From the IMG/VR virus record IMGVR_UViG_3300033075_001055: a stretch of DNA of 20,000 nt. The stretch is one strand, 5' to 3'. Made by a program: the position numbers and the translations under genes. Under the pieces are notes generated by a model. That model searched no databases and was not told the origin of the DNA. It saw only the letters and a program-made list of their open reading frames with translations. The stretch is from an uncultured virus (IMG/VR IMGVR_UViG_3300033075_001055) (taxonomy: Duplodnaviria; Heunggongvirae; Uroviricota; Caudoviricetes). Below, one piece after another: positions 1 through 8,688 of the stretch. Position 1 is the first letter of the stretch. Each line of letters opens with the position of its first letter.

Positions 1-1070
1 TCATAGAACGCCAGCCCGTACAAAATCGACCCGAAGCACCACACGTCATTACTGCGCGCCTCGCTGTCGATCGTGCGCTGTCCATCTTCCATGTTGTTAC
101 GGCTGGACAGCCCTGGGTCGCGGTTGTAGTTCGCGACGTACTGCGGAGGCGTCGTGTAATCAGGGCTGAAAAACTCTAGGTCGCCCTCTGGTGAGCAGTT
201 CACCAGCCGCCCGCGCGGACCGTTGCCTTCCTGTGCAAATTTGGCATATCGAATCAGAATGTCCGCCACCGTCTCGCCGGGCTGTACTAGAACCTTTGGC
301 GTGTAGGCTTTGAAGTTGATCTGGTTTGCTGCCAGCACTTCGCCACGGGTCTGCGCCCGCTGCGCCTGCGCGAGTTCCTTGTTTATCTTGGCGGTCTCAG
401 CGTCTAGCCGCCCCTGTCTCAGTTGCCGGCTAAGACTGATTCCAAGAATCGACCGGATGCCCCACGCATTGTTTCCAAAGGTGTCGACAAGTTGCCCGGA
501 CGCATTGCGCTGCTTACCCAGGAACACGTTTGGCTGAACCCACGATGGGTCAATGAGAAGTCCCGCCATGCGCTGCCATGAGGCCCCCAGTAGGTTGTAT
601 TTCTCTCCGACGGGTGCGCAGGAAGTTAGCAGGTAGCCCAGATCGTAGCCACTGACCGTCACAAGAGAGCCACTGAACCCGCTGGCCACATCAACGTGCG
701 TGATTACGCCCTGCATCCATGGGCGCTCGACGCCATTGTTGACAAACGGGTCCTTATGGAAAATCTTAATCGGGACAAGTATCTTGCTCGTCACGACATC
801 GACGAGCCATTGCAGTTGCCCATCGTCATCGACCAGCACAAACCGGAACGGATCGTAAAGCTGTTGCACGTCGGCGCGCAGCGAGAAGTTTTTGATATCC
901 GGCCGCTTGCCTTTGGGGTCGCCAGCAATCTGCACCGTGATCCGCGGCGTGATGTCGCCATCGGCAAGGCTCTGCGTTTGGGCTGCACTTGCAGGCGCGA
1001 ACGGGTCCCCACCCGGTAAGATGCCAGGGCGACGACTGAGGACCGCCGTGCTGTTCGCGCTGTTAGCCAT
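1..1070 (-). CDS. Baseplate hub protein (Mu gp44/gpP-like), runs off the window start
   Basis: Not in the ORF track; translated by hand in segments from ATG 1070 (TAATG overlap): MANSANSTAV...WMQGVITHVDVASGFSGSLVTVSGYDLGYLLTSCAP...KVLVQPGETVADILIRYAK. These match the gpP-type 'ISGRD...DCSA' and 'PGET...L.R.A' motifs. It follows the gpN-like gene as in Mu. Confidence 0.85.
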   Translation of the reverse strand, partial: MANSANSTAVLSRRPGILPGGDPFAPASAAQTQSLADGDITPRITVQIAGDPKGKRPDIKNFSLRADVQQLYDPFRFVLVDDDGQLQWLVDVVTSKILVPIKIFHKDPFVNNGVERPWMQGVITHVDVASGFSGSLVTVSGYDLGYLLTSCAPVGEKYNLLGASWQRMAGLLIDPSWVQPNVFLGKQRNASGQLVDTFGNNAWGIRSILGISLSRQLRQGRLDAETAKINKELAQAQRAQTRGEVLAANQINFKAYTPKVLVQPGETVADILIRYAKFAQEGNGPRGRLVNCSPEGDLEFFSPDYTTPPQYVANYNRDPGLSSRNNMEDGQRTIDSEARSNDVWCFGSILYGLAFY

Positions 1071-2044
1071 TAGGGCGCCGGAATTGTGAGCAGTTGACCG
1101 CCGACGAGCGCATCAGGGCGCAGCAGTCTGTTTGTGGTCAGGATGTTTTGCATGATCGCGAATTTGTCGTCGATATTGCGCGTTGGGTAGAGTGCGCCGA
1201 CAAACCGTGTCAGGTTCATTCCCTCGGGCACGGGCCAGATAATCGGCGGGGGCAGATTCGCACGTATCGACTGTTCTAGGTTGCGACACTGCCGAAGCGT
1301 GACCTCTGCCGCGTCCACGCTGGTCGCCCCGTACGGGTTCAGAGTCTGAATCGGGCGCAAAGCAAGCGTCGCGGCATCTAGCAGGGTCGGGAGCCTGGTT
1401 AGCCGGGTGGCGAGTTCCGGCGTGATTTGCCCTGCCGTGAATTGGTCAAGCGCCGCCGCCGCGAAATCGGACGCAGCCGTGGTAAAGGTCGTCATGCTGG
1501 ACTGAACCAGCAGCGATTGCGACCGCAGGCGCAGTGACGATGCCCCGCGCGTGTACCGTTCGAAAATAGCGCCGACGTAGTTTGTCATCTGCGCGTTTGT
1601 CTCGGTCACGCTGGCGGAAATTTCGTTAGCCATTGCCGACGGAGTGCGCGAAAAGTTCAGTTCATTGGTGAGGGTGTCTTCTTCGAACGTGAGCGTGACC
1701 GCGTAGTGCGTGCCACGACTGACCGGGTCCCAGGAACCAGACACCGGACCCTTAAGCACCATGCGGATGGGGCCGTACAGATAATGTGTCAGCGTCCCGC
1801 GCGGTTTCTGAATGATGGGACCGAGAATCGCCCGCGCATTGTTCGCCCACTCCAGTCCCGCGAATTCAAGCGAGTACTCCGACCGAAACGGCAAATCGCC
1901 CGTTTGTTCCTGCCGTGCTCCACGACGATGCGGGATGCGGTGCGCGACAAATGACGGGCCGTACTGCGAATCCTTGACGTTCGTGACGTACTTCGCGAAC
2001 TCGACGCCATTGAAGGCAGAGGTCTGAACACCGACAACCGCCAT
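1070..2044 (-). CDS. Mu gpN-like 'DNA circularization' / tail tube initiator protein with C-terminal LysM-like motif
   Basis: 324 aa. N-terminal SAFNGVEF...HRIPHRRGARQEQTG...GTLTHYLYGPI...LTFEE motifs; C-terminal NRLLRPDALVGGQLLTIP; lies directly after the tape measure gene. Confidence 0.85.
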   Translation of the reverse strand: MAVVGVQTSAFNGVEFAKYVTNVKDSQYGPSFVAHRIPHRRGARQEQTGDLPFRSEYSLEFAGLEWANNARAILGPIIQKPRGTLTHYLYGPIRMVLKGPVSGSWDPVSRGTHYAVTLTFEEDTLTNELNFSRTPSAMANEISASVTETNAQMTNYVGAIFERYTRGASSLRLRSQSLLVQSSMTTFTTAASDFAAAALDQFTAGQITPELATRLTRLPTLLDAATLALRPIQTLNPYGATSVDAAEVTLRQCRNLEQSIRANLPPPIIWPVPEGMNLTRFVGALYPTRNIDDKFAIMQNILTTNRLLRPDALVGGQLLTIPAP

Positions 2045-3600
2045 TAGCGCACCTGTGCCCCGCCGCCGGAAATGGGCGGAATCGGGGTAGCCATGCGAAC
2101 GGTCAGCACCTTTTGACCGATAGCGTCAGCGGTATCGCGAGCTGTGGTCTTCTGCGCGCTGGTGAACATGGACCAGAACGAGCCCTTTTCTACGCTGCCC
2201 TCCGGCACATTGAGCCCCTTCGCCTGCCGCGTCACGCTTCGCCCCGCGGCGCTTTCCTCGGACACGCTTTCGCTCATGCCAGCGGCAACCATCACGCCAG
2301 CCCCTAGCGCTGGATGCACGTTGCTTAAAAACAGGCCACCTTGCTTGACGTAGCCCATGCTCTGATTAGGCTCTTTCCCAAGGTCCGGTTTGCGGGCTAT
2401 CGCATCCTCGATTGCTAATTGTGTTTCTCCCTTGGTTTCCCGCGCTTGTTTTTGCAGCCAGAGGTCGCCAAATTGCCGCTTCATCTCGGGCGTCATCTCG
2501 GTTTTTTTCGCACGTTCCCCGATCGGTGATGGTCCGCCCGCGGCGCCTGCCTCAAGTGCAGCCATCACGTCCTGCTGAATCTGCGGCGCGTTTTTGACCG
2601 CCCCCGCTAGCAGGGGAGAGAAGTTCTGCATGAGCAATTTTTGGAGCATGGCATCATCGCCGCCCAGCCCCTTGTTATGCTTGACGGCGAGTTGATTGAG
2701 CATGCCCAAGAGTTGGGGCAGGGTCTGCTTAAGGCGCCCGTACTCGTCGGTTAGCGTTTCCTTCTTCCCGATGATGCCAGCGCTTCTAAATTGCCGTGTC
2801 AGCCCTTGCAGGTCCCCGGTGAAGTACGAGGACAGTTGCGAGACCGCGCTTTCTGCCTGTGCCTCTGATAGTCCCTGTTTGCGCAGCGCGGGCAGAAGTG
2901 CGGCCGCGCTCTTTCCGAATTCCTGACCGCGCTTGCCGCCTGCTGTCTGCATGCCAAGTTGCCCGCTGAGTCGTTCGAAGCCCTGGATCGCCTGCTGCCC
3001 GCTTTGTCCGAGACGTTCAGCGCCGCGCACGGCAGCATCAAAAAAAGCCTGCGCGTTGCCCTGGCCCTTGACCCCAAACATCTGGTCCATGGTCGCGGCA
3101 AGTGGCGCCATCTCGGTAACAGACTGGCGCCCGAGATAGCGCGCGATGTTGCTGTAGTCCTGCGCGCCCTCGGTTGCCGTTTTCCAGTCGCCGGTAAGTT
3201 CTCGAATCGAATCCGCGTAGTTGGCAACGTCCCCAGGTAGGCGACCGGTCTTGGCTGACATTTGATCGATTTGTTGCCCGATCTTCTGCCAATCCTCCCC
3301 GGTCGCGCCCATGATGCGGGTCGACTCCTGGCGCCACGTTCGCGCGTTGCCAAGTGCCTGCGCCATCGCCTGCTGCATGGGAGCGAGAGCGGTCCCAAGC
3401 ACGTTGCGCGCAACGTCAGCCCCGAAGCGCGCCATACCCTTACCAAGCGACTGGAACGAAACGTCAAGCGCGCCAACGGACTTTTTGCCCTCCTTTTCGA
3501 GGTCGCGAAAAGCCCGTGCAGCGTCCGTCATGAACTTCACAAACTGAGCCGGGTCAGTCGATATGACGATTTTGGCTTCGTTGTTTGCGGATTCGCTCAT
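2044..3600 (-). CDS. Tape measure protein
   Basis: 518 aa, Ala/Gly/Gln-rich and helical; N-terminus EAKIVISTDPAQFVKFM; lies between the chaperone and the gpN-like gene. Confidence 0.85.
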   Translation of the reverse strand: MSESANNEAKIVISTDPAQFVKFMTDAARAFRDLEKEGKKSVGALDVSFQSLGKGMARFGADVARNVLGTALAPMQQAMAQALGNARTWRQESTRIMGATGEDWQKIGQQIDQMSAKTGRLPGDVANYADSIRELTGDWKTATEGAQDYSNIARYLGRQSVTEMAPLAATMDQMFGVKGQGNAQAFFDAAVRGAERLGQSGQQAIQGFERLSGQLGMQTAGGKRGQEFGKSAAALLPALRKQGLSEAQAESAVSQLSSYFTGDLQGLTRQFRSAGIIGKKETLTDEYGRLKQTLPQLLGMLNQLAVKHNKGLGGDDAMLQKLLMQNFSPLLAGAVKNAPQIQQDVMAALEAGAAGGPSPIGERAKKTEMTPEMKRQFGDLWLQKQARETKGETQLAIEDAIARKPDLGKEPNQSMGYVKQGGLFLSNVHPALGAGVMVAAGMSESVSEESAAGRSVTRQAKGLNVPEGSVEKGSFWSMFTSAQKTTARDTADAIGQKVLTVRMATPIPPISGGGAQVR

Positions 3601-3603
3601 GCC

Positions 3604-3807
3604 TTAGAGTTTCCAATACAGCGGCGCTACATATTCGCGCCTTGCTCGGTCTATAACCTGCGACAGACTACACCCGGACGCAGCGCACATCAACGCAGCC
3701 CAGCGCCACCATTCCCAGCGCCGGACCGCGCCATGACCTCGTTCAAACCACGCGCCAGCCGAAGCACTTGCCAATAACCCCGCTCTGAGAGCAGGGTCAC
3801 GAGCGAC
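3604..3807 (-). CDS. -1 frame extension of the tail chaperone (GT-type fusion, about 234 aa in total)
   Basis: The -1 frame after A AAA AAG reads VARDPALRAGLL...WEWWRWAALM...LYWKL* and stops 3 nt before the TMP ATG. Confidence 0.75.
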   Translation of the reverse strand, partial: VARDPALRAGLLASASAGAWFERGHGAVRRWEWWRWAALMCAASGCSLSQVIDRARREYVAPLYWKL

Positions 3808-4307
3808 TTTTTTTGAGCGTCCGCAAGCATGCCCTCCCACTGGTCATCGGTCACGGTCGATGGGAATTCCAGCCGCCGGAACGTTTCATAGTCCGCCCAC
3901 AGAACATCAGCCTGCGTGCAGAACTTGCGCACATCAGCGTCGTTAATGGTTTCGAATAGCAGTTGATCCTTCTGCTGTAGCGCGCCCTTTTCCAGTATCG
4001 CCGTCGGGAACGGAAACACGTGCGTTTTGTACGTGCCGTCGTCAGCCCGCAGCGCCCAAGAAATCATAAGCAGCCGCTGTTCGTCTGCGATTTGGTCCTC
4101 GGTCGGTTTGCGCTGCAACAGCCGCGTCGTGTAAAAGTCCGCGGCGGCTTTGCAAATCGCTTCCACGCTCGGCGGAATCCACCGAAAACGGGCGCGAACC
4201 TGCTCCACATCGCAAGCGCTTCCATCGTCCCCGGACACGGCTTTATAGACCGTCAGAGGCTCGCTAATGAGTCGGACGCGACCCGTTTCTGCACCGTGCA
4301 TTTGCAT
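3690..4307 (-). CDS. Tail assembly chaperone (G-type, frame-0 product)
   Basis: 205 aa between tube and TMP; GGAG 8 nt before the ATG; contains the slippery site CAA AAA AAG. Confidence 0.75.
   Translation of the reverse strand: MQMHGAETGRVRLISEPLTVYKAVSGDDGSACDVEQVRARFRWIPPSVEAICKAAADFYTTRLLQRKPTEDQIADEQRLLMISWALRADDGTYKTHVFPFPTAILEKGALQQKDQLLFETINDADVRKFCTQADVLWADYETFRRLEFPSTVTDDQWEGMLADAQKKSLVTLLSERGYWQVLRLARGLNEVMARSGAGNGGAGLR
3774..3813 (-). other. Programmed -1 ribosomal frameshift cassette
   Basis: A_AAA_AAG (3813-3807), 6-nt spacer, then a 12-bp stem GTGACCCTGCTC-TCA-GAGCGGGGTTAT with 3 G-U pairs. Confidence 0.85.
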
Positions 4308-4347
4308 TGTCTCGGCTCCATGCTCCTCGGCTTGTTTAAATCCCCAA

Positions 4348-4395
4348 CCGCGGCGGGGTGCGCTAGAGGGCCGAGGATCCTCCGCCCCGCCGCGG
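4348..4395 (-). terminator. Strong intergenic hairpin after the tail tube gene (stabiliser or partial terminator)
   Basis: Perfect 11-bp inverted repeat CCGCGGCGGGG (4348-4358 / 4385-4395) with inner GAGG/CCTC pairing; no clear U-tract. Confidence 0.55.
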
Positions 4396-4406
4396 CCAGG
4401 AACTTA

Positions 4407-4805
4407 TCACGATCCGGGGATGCGGCGCGTACCACGAACCCGCGGGATCGTTACAGTGATGTCACCGTTTTCGTTGTTCACCGACGTAGTTTGCCCCTCG
4501 CACAGGCACGATTGCAAGGTCTGCTGCGTGCCCCCAAAGTTCGGATCGCCTTCGTTCCAGGTCACGTCGAATTCCTGCCCCGGCAGCGTATGCGACCAAG
4601 GGCGGAACAATAGACCCGACGGACGAATGCGAAAGGTCAGTTGCTCGATTGAATGCGTCTCACCCTGTCCGGCGTACTGGTCAATCGGTCCATCGCTACC
4701 CTGCGCGACACCACCGGGACGCGACGACGTGACCTGAATCTGAGGCCCCATCGCGTCCAGCTTCACGCCGTTGAAGCGAAACGTGATTTTCGTTGTAATC
4801 GCCAT
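4407..4805 (-). CDS. Tail tube protein
   Basis: 132 aa, beta-rich, immediately after the sheath gene; RBS TAAGGA. Confidence 0.8.
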   Translation of the reverse strand: MAITTKITFRFNGVKLDAMGPQIQVTSSRPGGVAQGSDGPIDQYAGQGETHSIEQLTFRIRPSGLLFRPWSHTLPGQEFDVTWNEGDPNFGGTQQTLQSCLCEGQTTSVNNENGDITVTIPRVRGTRRIPGS

Positions 4806-4814
4806 GGTCGTTCC

Positions 4815-6653
4815 TTACTGCGCGGTCGGTCCCAACTGACCGGCGATGACGTGGTTTTCACGCGGCGGGCTGCCTGGGATGTACACGCGCGTCCATCCTA
4901 GATTCGTGGGGTCGGGCGATGCCGCAATCAGCCCGCGATACTTGTCTGCGCCGTCGTACAGGTTCTGAAGTTCCAACCGCTTCAGTTCGCTGTAGATGAC
5001 CGGCTCAGCCTGCTTGGTATCAAACACGTACTCGGTCAGCGGCTCCGAATAATCGACGCGTTCGAGACCTTGAAACACAGCCAGCGCAGCACGACAGGAC
5101 TGACGAATCCACGCCATCCCGCGCACGTACGAAGAAGACGCCCAATCAAGCAACGTGCCGCCGTAGGTGCTGACCCGCTGCTGAATCAGGAAGTTGCCCG
5201 CCTTGACGTACAGCGGCGTCATAAAGTACGTGGTCCGCGCCTGGTTCATGGTCGCCTGACTTGGGCGATCCATGGGGTCTGGATAGGTGACGGACATGCC
5301 CGGCAAATTCGACACGATCGGGCGGTCGTCGAAATTCTTGGTGATACGCGGTTCGAACGCGTAGTCACACGCCAGCATTGCAGCGAGGTTGTAGGCAGGC
5401 TGGAAAGCGCCCTGACACCATGCCGCGCTGTTGCGACCGGGCGAGGATTGCGCCTGGTCTTCGTTCACGACGCTGGGACTGATACTGCTCACCAGCGCAC
5501 CGGCAGCAGTCACAGATAGGCTACTCGCCCAGTCTAGGTACTGCTCTTTTTGGTGGTATCCGTTGCCATTCGTGCGAATGTGCGTGACCAGCGCGCCAAG
5601 CGTGGTCGCGTCTTGGAAACAGGTCGCCCACTCTTGCATGGCGTCGGACGCTTCCAGGGCTGCTAGCGCGTTCGTGAGGTCGGGCAGACCCGTTCCCACG
5701 CTTTCGCCGGTATATGTCGCCGTCATGGGTCCGATGCTTGCGTTGACGGCAATCGAGATGCGGTCAAACGGGCGGTTAGGCTTGGCGATGAAATCGAACT
5801 TGTCATCGTCGGGGTTCGCGCGCTGCTGCGCGGACAGCGGGAAATCCGCCTGCGCGTTAATGGCTGCCACAACCGCCTGACACACCTGCACGTTGGTCTG
5901 ACCCGCAGCGATAGAACCCGTGGTCACAACCTTGTGCGCGCACGTAACCGTGACGATACCGGCAGCAGCGCCCGTTGGACCGGCGGCGAACGTGACGAAG
6001 CCGGGGGACAGACCGATACCGGTCAGCGTCGGGTCCATGTTGACGGCGACCGGGTGGTTTGTTGCCCACGCACCTTTGACCGTAGCGCTAAAAGGCACCG
6101 CGTTACCGGCGACAGCGCCCGATACAAACGGCATGCCTTTTCCGATGCCCGTCGACGGCGCCACGTACTTGTCAAACCGCGCTTTCAAAGCCGCGGCGAT
6201 GGTCGACGTTGAATCCCCGGTCGCAACATCAACCGGAAATTCAACATCATCGATCTTGATCCGCATCTGCCCGCTACCCGTTGCCGCAGTCGCAGAGCCA
6301 ATCAGCACCGTGTACAGGTTGAACGTGTCAACGCTGCCGGTGCTCATCACGATTGGGGTCACAAACACATCGACGCCCGAAGGATGCCGCGCGAACGCCC
6401 ATTCTGCCATTTGCCGCGCGACCGAGCGCTTTCCGCACTGGCGCCACGCATCATCTGGCCCCGCAAGCAAATACGGCTTATCAGGTTGCGAGTACAGAAG
6501 CCCGTCCGTGTCGACTGCCGCAATCAAGTTGCAGCGGAATCGACCCGTAAACGCGCGGTCAGGGCTGCCGGGCGAACTTCCACGCGGCGCGATGTAAATG
6601 AACGTTCCCGGTTCGGCATTGAACGGGAGATCGGGATTACCCAAGGCTGGCAT
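4815..6653 (-). CDS. Tail sheath protein (Mu gpL-like)
   Basis: Start taken as ATG 6653 (GGAGG upstream), about 612 aa. Motifs: LPFNAEPGTFIYI, CGKRSVARQM, VATGDSTSTIAAAL, GTGLPDLTNALAAL, MTPLYV...IQQRVSTY, HVIAG at the C-terminus. Confidence 0.9.
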   Translation of the reverse strand: MPALGNPDLPFNAEPGTFIYIAPRGSSPGSPDRAFTGRFRCNLIAAVDTDGLLYSQPDKPYLLAGPDDAWRQCGKRSVARQMAEWAFARHPSGVDVFVTPIVMSTGSVDTFNLYTVLIGSATAATGSGQMRIKIDDVEFPVDVATGDSTSTIAAALKARFDKYVAPSTGIGKGMPFVSGAVAGNAVPFSATVKGAWATNHPVAVNMDPTLTGIGLSPGFVTFAAGPTGAAAGIVTVTCAHKVVTTGSIAAGQTNVQVCQAVVAAINAQADFPLSAQQRANPDDDKFDFIAKPNRPFDRISIAVNASIGPMTATYTGESVGTGLPDLTNALAALEASDAMQEWATCFQDATTLGALVTHIRTNGNGYHQKEQYLDWASSLSVTAAGALVSSISPSVVNEDQAQSSPGRNSAAWCQGAFQPAYNLAAMLACDYAFEPRITKNFDDRPIVSNLPGMSVTYPDPMDRPSQATMNQARTTYFMTPLYVKAGNFLIQQRVSTYGGTLLDWASSSYVRGMAWIRQSCRAALAVFQGLERVDYSEPLTEYVFDTKQAEPVIYSELKRLELQNLYDGADKYRGLIAASPDPTNLGWTRVYIPGSPPRENHVIAGQLGPTAQ

Positions 6654-6834
6654 CGGACCCCTCCACAATCAGGATTGCGCCGCTTTGTCGCAGGTCGCGG
6701 TAATAGCCGTTCCACTGGACGCCCATCGGTTCGGCGGTGATTTCTTGCTCGCGACTTCCGAGCTTATAGACGGGATGTTCGTGCATCGGGTTTTTGATGA
6801 CCTCGACGCGAACGCCCATTTTTGGGTCAGACAT
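6637..6834 (-). CDS. Small pre-sheath protein (position of Mu gp38/DUF2635)
   Basis: 65 aa from ATG 6834 (GAGG upstream); VQWNGYYRDLRQSGAILIV resembles the gp38-type 'V..s.yw.rrl..Gdv' motif; synteny with Mu. Confidence 0.7.
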   Translation of the reverse strand: MSDPKMGVRVEVIKNPMHEHPVYKLGSREQEITAEPMGVQWNGYYRDLRQSGAILIVEGSDASLG

Positions 6835-7810
6835 TTGGGGGCCTCGATAGCAGGATGTAGGGCTCCCCAATCGGAATCGCGCTGCCGTCCGGTTGGGGCT
6901 GGGTCTCTTGCATCAAAAAACGCTCATGCGCGATGATGTCTTCGGATTCGTTCGGTCGTTCGGTCGCGAGTTTGATAGTGATGGAAAGCGTATCCATCAG
7001 GCGCATGTCTGGACCAAACGACTCGCCGGTTTGATGGTCTTCGATTGAGATGCGGCAAAAGTCTGTCCATGGGCTCGTCGGCGATGACGCAGAACCCTGG
7101 TATCCGCCGCCTGGGACTGTGCCGTACAGCCCCTGACTGCCGCGCAATAGCCATTCAATACGCCCGATGATTTCGGACGTACCCGGATCGGCTAGCGCTT
7201 CTTCTGCGACACCGGAACCAAACCGCGCAGCCGGCGACCCGCGCCAGTTTTTGCTAATGACCTTAATGTCATACCGCAACGTTTTAAGGTCGCCTGCGCC
7301 TGGTTCCTGATCCCAAACTTCAGGCTTAGGCTTCCCGGAAAAGCACACGAACACGGCGGGCTCGTGTCCCTTACACAGCGTCAATAGCGAGGGCTGACCC
7401 GATGGCGCGTCTAGTGGAATGCGCCGGTCAACAAACCCCACGCACGTCAGCCCGTGCCAATAGTACGGACCGCGGAAGTCTCGGAACGGTGCCGCGACCC
7501 AGCGACCGGGAACGTCTGCGGCTCGGTCGTTCGGGCGAAGAATCGTCACGCCGTCGTCCGCGCGCAGACTGTAGCAATCCCAGCCCCACGAATGCCCGAC
7601 CGCTTGCACGTAGGCGAGTTCGGTGGCGATTTCTCCGCGCGTGGGCATAGCGCGTGAATCCGCTGCACGCAGGTCGCTAACCGTCGCATACGCGCCCGCA
7701 CCTAGCATGCCGTACTTGAGCCAAATCGTGCGCACGAGCGCGCGACCGATCCGCTCGTCGACATCGATCGGCGAGAAATAAAACGGGCTACCGAAAACAG
7801 GCACGCTCAT
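6827..7810 (-). CDS. Putative tail terminator/neck protein (position of Mu gp37) with an inserted tailspike-like domain
   Basis: 327 aa, ATGA-coupled. The C-terminal part has PAVFVCFSG...YDIKVISKNWRG...IIGRIEWLLRG, as in gp37-like proteins. Confidence 0.6.
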   Translation of the reverse strand: MSVPVFGSPFYFSPIDVDERIGRALVRTIWLKYGMLGAGAYATVSDLRAADSRAMPTRGEIATELAYVQAVGHSWGWDCYSLRADDGVTILRPNDRAADVPGRWVAAPFRDFRGPYYWHGLTCVGFVDRRIPLDAPSGQPSLLTLCKGHEPAVFVCFSGKPKPEVWDQEPGAGDLKTLRYDIKVISKNWRGSPAARFGSGVAEEALADPGTSEIIGRIEWLLRGSQGLYGTVPGGGYQGSASSPTSPWTDFCRISIEDHQTGESFGPDMRLMDTLSITIKLATERPNESEDIIAHERFLMQETQPQPDGSAIPIGEPYILLSRPPNV

Positions 7811-8688
7811 GATGCCGCCCTCAGTGGTTTTAGCGAGTAGTCAACGATAAGCGCCTTTAGCCGCTCCACGTCGTTACCCGTCAGCGTCACATGCTCGCGC
7901 TTCGGTACGTGTCCATCGCCCTCGTTGTGGATGCCGTCCTTGCGCCAGCGAGAGCCCACAACCACGATGTAATGGTCGCCCTGTTTCGCGGTCTTGCCGT
8001 ACAGCGTGTCAGGTACGCGACCCAGGAGGCGAATGGTACTGCGTCGCGCTTTGATGCCAGACTTTGCGATACGGTAGCCGCCTGTCTTAATCTTCGTGAC
8101 AGCGCTTTCCGCGACCGTGAACGTGCGCCCGACTTTGCGCAGGTCAGACGGGAATGCGACGTTAATCGAGCCGTCGTAACCGGGCGAAATGATGCGGGCG
8201 CGGTTCTTGTTTTTGTCGCGGACAATGACGACCTTGACGCCCTCGCCGTGGTGTTTCAGGTCCGCCAGCCGCACGGGGTCTGCCGCCTGCAACGCGACAG
8301 ATTTCTTATTGATGCGCGCTACTTTCTTTTCGTAGTTGTCGAACTTGCGCTGTAGACCGGCGGGGACACCAGCCTCGCCGTATTTCTTCGCCGCCCACTC
8401 TTTCAGTCCCGCAAGTTTCTTGCCTTCGCGCGCCAGTTTTGCGAGCGCAGACGCACGAATCACGCCCGACCTGCGGAACATAGAATCGCGGCGGTCTAGG
8501 CTTTGATAATTCTGCACGGTTCGGGGACTGAGCGGGGGCATGCCGCGACCCGCTTCGATGGTCTCGCGAATGTCCGCGCGCTTTTCCCGGGCCCAATGTT
8601 TCATGGGCGGTTCCAGGTTTTGCCCGCGTTTGACTGCCGCCTCAAGTGCGCGTTGCAGCCCGTCCATATCCATGCGCATTTCCAGCAT
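7807..8688 (-). CDS. Virion morphogenesis / tail completion protein (Mu gpG / P2 gpS family) with a basic insertion
   Basis: Start ATG 8688 (TAATG overlap). Motifs: NLEPPMK, MPPLSPRT, VVVGS...IHNEG..HVPKREHVTLT..DVERLKALIVDY. Confidence 0.75.
   Translation of the reverse strand: MLEMRMDMDGLQRALEAAVKRGQNLEPPMKHWAREKRADIRETIEAGRGMPPLSPRTVQNYQSLDRRDSMFRRSGVIRASALAKLAREGKKLAGLKEWAAKKYGEAGVPAGLQRKFDNYEKKVARINKKSVALQAADPVRLADLKHHGEGVKVVIVRDKNKNRARIISPGYDGSINVAFPSDLRKVGRTFTVAESAVTKIKTGGYRIAKSGIKARRSTIRLLGRVPDTLYGKTAKQGDHYIVVVGSRWRKDGIHNEGDGHVPKREHVTLTGNDVERLKALIVDYSLKPLRAAS

Noticed and set aside
1..5. Apparent TGA stop ending the baseplate hub gene at positions 3-1
   Set aside because: Out of frame; the gene frame reads TAT GA- and continues beyond the window.
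1..6653. Stand-alone tailocin/eCIS interpretation of the tail genes
   Set aside because: Portal, protease, capsid and terminase genes are present and intact in the same module.
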